Shown here: positions 57,686 through 64,000 of the stretch, piece after piece
Layout of the letters: each line of letters begins with the position of its first letter
Numbering within the stretch: the first letter of the stretch is position 1
From: an uncultured Clostridia bacterium
GTDB lineage: Bacteria; Bacillota; Clostridia; Christensenellales; CAG-917
DNA length: 64,000 bases
Assembly (NCBI GenBank): GCA_949283145.1
Contig: CASDRL010000009.1
Location: forward strand, 1,283 to 65,282
Direction: 5' to 3'
Program-made: the position numbers and the translations under genes
Notes under the pieces: generated by a model
Database searches by the model: none
Seen by the model: only the letters and a program-made list of their open reading frames with translations
Told to the model about the DNA's origin: nothing

Positions 57686-60600
57686 ATGAGTATCATCGAT
57701 TACATTTCCGAACTGCTGCACCTGGACAACGTGTCCGACACAAAACTCATGGACCTTTGGGCGGGTTACGGCAGGAACACCTTCTATCTGACGCAGAGCG
57801 GAAAGGACGCGGCAGGGTCGATCGCGGAGGGAGTGATGCGCACAATGCTGCTGCGCCGCGGCAAGCCGGGCAATACCGCTTTGGTCGGGAGCAGCAAACG
57901 CCCGGATGCGGAGCAAAACCTCGTGGGAGGGAACAAATTCGACTGGTACGAAGAGATAGAGTACAATAGTGCCGAAAAGGTAAAGGATCCCGGACGGCTC
58001 AATTCCTTCATCGACGACGCCTATAAAGCCATCAATCTCAAAGGCAACAACCCCGTTTATCTCACGGTGGGCGCTCTTGAGTGGAAGATCGCCACGAAAT
58101 ACGGGGCACAGACCGTGCTCACGCCGCTGCTCATCTTCCCGGTGAGACTGGTGCGTTACGACGAACTCAGCCCCGTGTGCATCGAGTTCGTGGACGACGA
58201 CGCGCACTTCAATCCCTGTCTCTATCACCGCTTGCGCAGAGACCGCGGAGAGGCGCTGGCGAGGAGTTTCCCCCATCCCAACGGCAACGAGCCCGATCAG
58301 GATTTCGACGACGCGCTCGATCTCACCAGGTTCATGCCGAAAACGGGAGAATTCGACTTTTCTTATTTCGACGCGGTGGAGAGGTTCGTTTCCGGACGTG
58401 CGGCGGGTTCCGACGGCAGCACCGTCTTTGCCTTCCGCAAGGACGTCGTGGCTCTCGTCGCATACAATCACGATGAGATGTGCATGTACTTCGACATCAT
58501 GCGCAACATCGATCTCATCGAAAATCATCCCCTCGTGGCAAGGCTATTCAAGAAGGGCAAGGCGCCCGCCCTCTCCGCAAAACGGAATGACATGAGGTTG
58601 GTACTTGCCGCCGACAGTGTGCAGCAGGACATCATCTCACGCGTCGTCAGCGGTGAGTCCATGGTCATCAAGGGACCTCCCGGCACGGGCAAGACGCTCA
58701 CCATCGCCAACATGATCGGCGCGCTCATGGACGAAGGGAAAAACGTCCTGTTCGCGTCCGAAAAGCTCTCCGCGCTGAGTGAAGTTTATGCAAAGCTCCC
58801 CGCGGAACTCAGAAAGTTCGCCCTCCTTCTGGAAGGGGAGACCGAGGCAAAAGCGGCAAAGATCAGCCGCAAAGAGATCGTTACGGATCTCCGTCGCGTC
58901 GTGGACGAGAAGAAGAAATTCCGGCTCTCCGACACAGCCGTTAAGGAGCACGGAGAGGCGGAATCTTCGCTGGAAGCGGCGTTTAACGCTCTGAATGCAT
59001 ATGTAAACTTCATGTTTGAGCAAAAAGGCAACATCGGGCTGGGGCTCTACGCCATCCTCGACGCCAGCATGAAGAACTCCCATCTGCCGTATGCCGAACT
59101 CACCGCTTCGCCCGCGAGCTTGCTCGACGTGAAAGCGGAGGAATACTATAACATGAAGCTCCGCGTTGCGGAAGCGGACGTGATGTTCGACCGCATGACC
59201 GACGACGGCAGGCACGTCATCGAGAAGTGTCCGTGGTACGGCGTCGGGAAGGACACGCAGACGGAGACCGCGCTGCGTGACTATGCCGTCCTGGCAAAGG
59301 AAGTGAGCAAGCTGCTCGCCGTTGCGGACGGGAAACTTTCGGCTTATCCGGGGCTCTCTTTCGACGGGGTGTCCCTCTCTGCGCTGCGCTGGCTGTTCGC
59401 CGGCGAATACCGCGCGGAAGAGGTCGAGGCTGCCGCCGAGGCGGTCGAGAAAGAGCGACGCGCTCCGACGGGCGCCGTCGAGAATGTGAAAAATGCGCAG
59501 AAAAAGTATGTCGAGGCGAAAGCCGCGGTCCCTGCCGGGTTCGTCTTCCGCGAAGGGCAGGACGCGCGCTCGCTTGCGGACGACCTCGATATACAGCTGA
59601 CGGCGGATGAGTTCCCGGTGGACACGGCGATGCTGGTGTGCGGGCACGAGAGGCTCTTCCTCGGCACGCGCGGCACGGGGCTGACTTCCGCAGAAGCGGA
59701 GCAGCTGCTCACCTATGTGGATTGCCTGGACACCAATGCCGACAGGGCGGGCGGGCTGTGCATGGAGATCAGGAAGGCGTTCTCCGAGGAAGCCGAAAAG
59801 GCGTGCGGCAAGCTGCTCGCGGAGGCGGCGGAGAAACTCGCGCCCTACATGGACACAGATGCGAAAAAGCCCGGCGCGTTCGATTTCGCCGCCAGATCCC
59901 TCTTCAAAAAACTCGCCGCGGAAAGCTATGTCAAGGGCATCTCTTTTGCCGACATCGTGGCGGCGGCAGCGGCGTACGGCGAATTGAAAGCGCTGGACAC
60001 CGAGAGGATCGGGATCATAAACCACATCAACCAATGCTTCGGAAAGGCACTTGACGATGACGAAACGAAGTGTTTAAGTGTCGTTTTGAAATATTGTCGC
60101 GAAAAAGGCAAGGATGTCAGACGCATAGTCGAAGAGCTCATGCTCTCCAAGGACGCGCTGACGGCAGCGATCGCGGCATTCGAAAAGATGCCCGACGGGG
60201 TCACCGTCGGAGACGTCAAAGCCGCGCTCCGTCTCGAGACGGAGACGGACAGACTGCATGCGGCGCTTGCCGCGATGGGCAGGGCTTACGCCTTCGCCGG
60301 CGAGGTGACGCGGGCGGACGCGCCGCGCGTCGCGGCGACTGTCTGCGCGCTCTTCGAGATCTGTTCCTCTCCCTATTTCGAATACAAGAGCAAGGACGAG
60401 GCGGCAAACGTTCTGCTTTCCTTCCGCGCTCCGGAGGCGGAGGAGATCATAGTCTGCATCGGCAGGCTCGCGACGGCGTTCGGAAGGAAGCATTTCCGCA
60501 ACCATTACACCGTGCTGCCCCTCGAAAAGTGCACCCTCGGCGATTGGCGCTTTTTCGTCCAGGAGTCGTCTTCGAGGAATGTGCTCGGCGCCGTTCAGAA

Positions 60601-62299
60601 TTTCGCGGCGCTCAAAGAGACCTGTCCCGCGCCCTTTGACCTCAGGATGTTCTTTGCGGATTTCGAGAGAGAAAAGGCGCGCCCGGGTAGCTTTGAAGAC
60701 ATCTTCGAGCATTCCTTCTTCAGGACGCTCGGCGACGCCATCCTGCGCAGGTACGCCTCATCCCGCAACGGGCTCGGGTCGAGGATCACGGACAGCCTCG
60801 AGGCATTCGGTGAGGCAGAGAAAAAGCTCGCCCGCGTCAATGCCAAATTCGTCGAGGACGCGTGCATGAAACGCATCGTCGAGGACGATCCGGATTTCGG
60901 GTTCGTGCATGCCGACAGGCCGCGTGAGGGAGACAACACCGTGCGCAAGCTGTTCAAGGAGCAGCCCTGCGCCATAATGAAGCTGATGAAGTGCCTCATC
61001 CTCTCGCCGTCTTCGGCGAGCCTGCTGTTCCGTCCGAAGGAATACAACGATTTCGACATCGTGATCGTGGACGAGGCGAGCCAGCTGAAGCCCGTGACGC
61101 TGCTGCCCCTGCTTTTCAGAGCCAAGCAGTGCGTCATCGTCGGCGACGAGCATCAGATGCCGCACATCGAGCATTTCCGGACGCAAAACGTCGCCGCGGC
61201 GGGCGAGCAGGAGTCGGAATACGATCCGCGCATTTCCGCGCTCAGTCTCGCGCTTGCGAACGAACAGTTCACGGTGAAGGAGCTGGTGTGCCATTACAGG
61301 AGCGCGACGGAGTCGCTCATCGCCTTCTCGCAGAAGATGTTCTATCCCAACATGCGCACCTTCCCCGCCACGGTGCCCAAGGCGGAAGGGGAGCTCGGTT
61401 TCGAGGCCATCTATGTGGACGGCGCGGTGTTCGCCGACCGCAGGAACGAGCAGGAAGCGGCGGTGGTCGTGGAGTGTCTGCGCAAGCATTTCGCAAAGCA
61501 TTACGACGAGAAGACGGGCAAACTTGCGGAGTCGGTGGGCGTCGTCGCGTTCAACGATGAGCAGGTGAAGTGCATAGAGGATCGCGTGGCGCGCGACAAG
61601 GAGCTCAGCAAAAATATCGCAAGGGCGAAAAGCGTTTCCGGCGACGTCCCGGAGAAGACGATATTCTTCCGCACGGTGGAAAAAGTGCAGGGGCTGGAAA
61701 CGTCGCATCTCATCCTGTCCATGACCTACGGAAAGGCGGAGGGCGCCTCGTCTCTGAACAGATTCGGCGACCTCAACAACGACCGCTACGGCGTCAACGT
61801 CTTCAATGTCGCGATCACCCGCGCGCAGAAATTCGTCACCATGGTGCAGTCGCTGCATTCCTATGAGATCACCAACCCGAACATCGGTTTCATCAAAGAT
61901 TATATGCAGATGGTGGAGCGGTTCGGTGAGGACGACGGCGAGGCGCAGTTCGTTTCCGCGCCCGTCAGAGACGGTTTCGTGCGCGATGTCGCAGCCGCCG
62001 TTTCCGAGCGTTTCGGCATACCGCAGGACAGGGTGGTGACGGGCTACGGCGTCACGGAAGGCTCGGTGCGCATCCCGATCGCGGTGCTTTCCGAGGACAA
62101 GCATTCCGCGCTGTTCGGCATCATGTGCGAGACGGACATCGGCAGGAGATATAATTATGTGGACTATAATGTCAGATACAGCGATATTTTGTCGCACCGC
62201 GGATGGAAGCTTTACAGGCTGAATATCCTTGATTGGTTCGATCGGGGAGTGGAGATGCCGCAGGCGATGACGGAATTCATAAAACAAAACATCCGATAA
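57686..62299 (+). CDS. Upf1-like SF1 helicase (DUF4011/AAA_11/AAA_12-type) with a C-terminal Vsr/DUF559-like nuclease-fold domain
   Basis: 1537 aa. N-terminal 'NNPVYLTVGALEWK...TPLLIFPVRL' (DUF4011-like). Walker A 'KGPPGTGKT' (~58673). Walker B 'VIVDEASQL' (~61061), about 800 aa later. 'NVAITRAQK'. C-terminal 'GYGVTEGSVRIPIAV...IMCETDIG...ILSHRGWKLYRLNILDWF'. Confidence 0.9.
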   Translation: MSIIDYISELLHLDNVSDTKLMDLWAGYGRNTFYLTQSGKDAAGSIAEGVMRTMLLRRGKPGNTALVGSSKRPDAEQNLVGGNKFDWYEEIEYNSAEKVKDPGRLNSFIDDAYKAINLKGNNPVYLTVGALEWKIATKYGAQTVLTPLLIFPVRLVRYDELSPVCIEFVDDDAHFNPCLYHRLRRDRGEALARSFPHPNGNEPDQDFDDALDLTRFMPKTGEFDFSYFDAVERFVSGRAAGSDGSTVFAFRKDVVALVAYNHDEMCMYFDIMRNIDLIENHPLVARLFKKGKAPALSAKRNDMRLVLAADSVQQDIISRVVSGESMVIKGPPGTGKTLTIANMIGALMDEGKNVLFASEKLSALSEVYAKLPAELRKFALLLEGETEAKAAKISRKEIVTDLRRVVDEKKKFRLSDTAVKEHGEAESSLEAAFNALNAYVNFMFEQKGNIGLGLYAILDASMKNSHLPYAELTASPASLLDVKAEEYYNMKLRVAEADVMFDRMTDDGRHVIEKCPWYGVGKDTQTETALRDYAVLAKEVSKLLAVADGKLSAYPGLSFDGVSLSALRWLFAGEYRAEEVEAAAEAVEKERRAPTGAVENVKNAQKKYVEAKAAVPAGFVFREGQDARSLADDLDIQLTADEFPVDTAMLVCGHERLFLGTRGTGLTSAEAEQLLTYVDCLDTNADRAGGLCMEIRKAFSEEAEKACGKLLAEAAEKLAPYMDTDAKKPGAFDFAARSLFKKLAAESYVKGISFADIVAAAAAYGELKALDTERIGIINHINQCFGKALDDDETKCLSVVLKYCREKGKDVRRIVEELMLSKDALTAAIAAFEKMPDGVTVGDVKAALRLETETDRLHAALAAMGRAYAFAGEVTRADAPRVAATVCALFEICSSPYFEYKSKDEAANVLLSFRAPEAEEIIVCIGRLATAFGRKHFRNHYTVLPLEKCTLGDWRFFVQESSSRNVLGAVQNFAALKETCPAPFDLRMFFADFEREKARPGSFEDIFEHSFFRTLGDAILRRYASSRNGLGSRITDSLEAFGEAEKKLARVNAKFVEDACMKRIVEDDPDFGFVHADRPREGDNTVRKLFKEQPCAIMKLMKCLILSPSSASLLFRPKEYNDFDIVIVDEASQLKPVTLLPLLFRAKQCVIVGDEHQMPHIEHFRTQNVAAAGEQESEYDPRISALSLALANEQFTVKELVCHYRSATESLIAFSQKMFYPNMRTFPATVPKAEGELGFEAIYVDGAVFADRRNEQEAAVVVECLRKHFAKHYDEKTGKLAESVGVVAFNDEQVKCIEDRVARDKELSKNIARAKSVSGDVPEKTIFFRTVEKVQGLETSHLILSMTYGKAEGASSLNRFGDLNNDRYGVNVFNVAITRAQKFVTMVQSLHSYEITNPNIGFIKDYMQMVERFGEDDGEAQFVSAPVRDGFVRDVAAAVSERFGIPQDRVVTGYGVTEGSVRIPIAVLSEDKHSALFGIMCETDIGRRYNYVDYNVRYSDILSHRGWKLYRLNILDWFDRGVEMPQAMTEFIKQNIR

Positions 62300-62313
62300 A
62301 GGAGGGATCCTCA

Positions 62314-63087
62314 ATGAGAGAAAGAGACAACGGACAGAGAACGCGCGAGGGCAGCCTCAGCCCCATGGAAGAAGAACTCCTCGCCGCTCACAAAAAAATG
62401 GCGCAGGAGGAGCGCAAACGCGCGCTTGCGAATCAGCTTGCGGGGCTGGACAACAGGATCACCGAGATCGCGGAAAAAGCCGCCGATTTCGTGATGCAAT
62501 ACGGCGAGAACGATTTCCGCGCACAGATGCTGCTCATGTTCCTCGACGTCGCGGTGGAGATGAAAGAGATGGTCAAAATGTTCGATTCCGTCAACATGGC
62601 GACGCAGTTCATCTATGAGTGCACGGATTTCATCGATGAATCGCTCAAATTCAACTTCGACCTGCAAGACAGGTCTCTTGCCACAAAGTACGGTCCTTTC
62701 CAGCGTCTTGCCATCCGCATCAAGAACAAGAGGACCATCCGCAACAACAACAATCGTATGCGCGTGATCATGAGCCAGATCGCAAGCCAGCAGACCATGG
62801 CGCGCGATATGGTGGACAGCATGCAGTATTCCTGCACCAAGATGAGGGAGTCCATGGAGCGCGCGACGAAGAGGAGAGCGGCAAGGGACGCCAAACGCGC
62901 GGAGAAGGGCGAACACAAGACGGTGCTTTCCAACAAGAGCGCGGGCGCCGAAATGGTCGCGGCGATCATTGCGCGGAAGCGCGCGGAGACGGGCAAGACC
63001 GCGGACGCGGGATCCTTCGGCGCCTCGGCGGGGACTTCCACCGCATCCGCAAGCGACGACTTCACCAACATCGACGACGTGACCTGA
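62314..63087 (+). CDS. Small all-helical protein with basic N-terminal half and Ser/Ala/acidic tail (ESCRT-III-like? speculative)
   Basis: 257 aa from ATG 62314 (AAAGGAGGG RBS). Helical, Met/Glu/Lys-rich core 'LDVAVEMKEMVKMFDSVNMATQFIYE'. Tail '...SASDDFTNIDDVT'. Confidence 0.6.
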   Translation: MRERDNGQRTREGSLSPMEEELLAAHKKMAQEERKRALANQLAGLDNRITEIAEKAADFVMQYGENDFRAQMLLMFLDVAVEMKEMVKMFDSVNMATQFIYECTDFIDESLKFNFDLQDRSLATKYGPFQRLAIRIKNKRTIRNNNNRMRVIMSQIASQQTMARDMVDSMQYSCTKMRESMERATKRRAARDAKRAEKGEHKTVLSNKSAGAEMVAAIIARKRAETGKTADAGSFGASAGTSTASASDDFTNIDDVT

Positions 63088-63115
63088 TTCGTCGGGTCGC
63101 CAAAAGGAGGCATCC

Positions 63116-64000
63116 ATGGCAGGATTGGGCAAGAACGTTCCGCCTAAGGCCGCGGGCAAGGGCGCGGACACGATCGATTCCCTGAAAAAAAATCTCGGCA
63201 CCCTGCTCAGCGAGATACGTACGATCCTGGCGGGCAGAAAGGACAAGAACGATCTCCGCGAGGAAGAGCGTCAGGCTTTGCGCGCCAAATATTCGCAGGC
63301 GGCGCAGATCTCCCGCACGCTTTCGCAGCGCTGTACGGATCAGGAGGAGAGGGAACTCTTCGAAAACAATTTCCGCAAACTCAGCGCGGCGGCGGCAAAC
63401 TACGGCTCCGTCATGAAGAGCAAGGTGCCGGACACCACTTTCGACGACGTCAAAGGGCTCGAAAACGTCAAGAAACTTGTCAAGAGTTTTCTCTTCATGG
63501 CGCAGAACAGCGACATTCTGAAGTACTACAAGATGGAAGGCGGGCTCGGGATGCTCATGTACGGCGCCCCCGGCACCGGCAAGACGATGTTTGCGGAAGC
63601 GATCGCAAACGCGATGAACCTGCCCCTTTTCATCGTTACGCCCGCCGACATCTTCAAATCCTATGTCGGCGAATCCGAACAGGCGGTCAAGCAGATATTC
63701 CAGGAGCTCGACGCCTGCCCGGACGGCGCGATCCTCTTTGTGGACGAGTGCGAGTCCATTTTCAGCCGCAGGACGCAGGAGACGCGCGACTATAAGGCGG
63801 CTGTCACCACGGAGCTGCTGCAGCGCATCAACGGGTTCGGGGGCGACGGCTCGAAGCGCATCATGATCGCGGCGACCAACCGTCCCGACGTCATCGACCC
63901 GGCATACCTCAGGTATAAGCGTTTCTCGCACCTCATCCATGTCACGCCGCCCGACAAAGAGGCAAAGCGTGCCATCATTGAGAGCAAACTCAAAGGCATA
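63116..64000 (+). CDS. Classical-clade AAA+ ATPase (Vps4/katanin/FtsH-type module) with a ~100-aa helical N-domain; 3' end beyond the window
   Basis: Not in the ORF track because there is no stop in the window. I translated it manually from ATG 63116 (AAAAGGAGG RBS), giving 295 codons open to the edge. Walker A 'GAPGTGKT', 'VGESEQAVKQIF', Walker B 'ILFVDECE', SRH 'AATNRPDVIDPAYLRYKRF'. Confidence 0.9.
   Translation, partial: MAGLGKNVPPKAAGKGADTIDSLKKNLGTLLSEIRTILAGRKDKNDLREEERQALRAKYSQAAQISRTLSQRCTDQEERELFENNFRKLSAAAANYGSVMKSKVPDTTFDDVKGLENVKKLVKSFLFMAQNSDILKYYKMEGGLGMLMYGAPGTGKTMFAEAIANAMNLPLFIVTPADIFKSYVGESEQAVKQIFQELDACPDGAILFVDECESIFSRRTQETRDYKAAVTTELLQRINGFGGDGSKRIMIAATNRPDVIDPAYLRYKRFSHLIHVTPPDKEAKRAIIESKLKGI

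Noticed and set aside
41616-64000. The 42-64 kb locus, considered as a prophage, ICE or transposon cargo.
   Set aside because: No integrase, transposase, tRNA attachment site, flanking direct repeats or phage structural genes are visible in the window, and codon style looks like the rest of the window. Mobility cannot be excluded, because the right boundary lies beyond 64000.

Overview
This is a GC-rich window with GGAGG-type ribosome-binding sites and 4-nt ATGA gene overlaps. Its gene content points to a spore-forming Clostridia-type Firmicute: cwlD-like amidase, veg, a DUF3794+LysM SipL-like protein, and a Firmicute-type glgB-C-D-A-P operon with glgD. Positions 1-41.7 kb are mostly housekeeping or metabolic. 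They encode a class-III aminotransferase, an M1 peptidase lipoprotein, RadC, gltX, a membrane-anchored S8 peptidase, two GPH/MFS transporters, a metallophosphoesterase, a four-subunit Na+-translocating biotin decarboxylase followed by birA, an SGNH lipoprotein, ispE, the glycogen cluster plus a GH13 enzyme, a lipase-like lipoprotein and a P-type IIA Ca2+-ATPase. No rRNA, tRNA, CRISPR array, integrase or transposase was recognised. Two gene-free regions (1.35-2.58 kb and 35.1-35.7 kb) hold members of one structured repeat family. The main result is at 41.97-64.0 kb, running off the window. Behind its own terminator and promoter lies a >22-kb operon of at least ten translationally coupled genes. 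It encodes a divergent Hsp70-fold ATPase, a SNF2 ATPase with a poly-CxxC tail, a Cys-rich protein, a 1403-aa 5-TM protein with tandem extracellular repeats, a Zn-ribbon/Sel1-like protein, a long coiled-coil protein, an HExxH protein, a 1537-aa Upf1-like SF1 helicase with a nuclease-fold C-terminus, a small helical protein and a classical AAA+ ATPase. I cannot assign this combination to any described system. All functional calls rest on motifs read by eye, and no database search was run.
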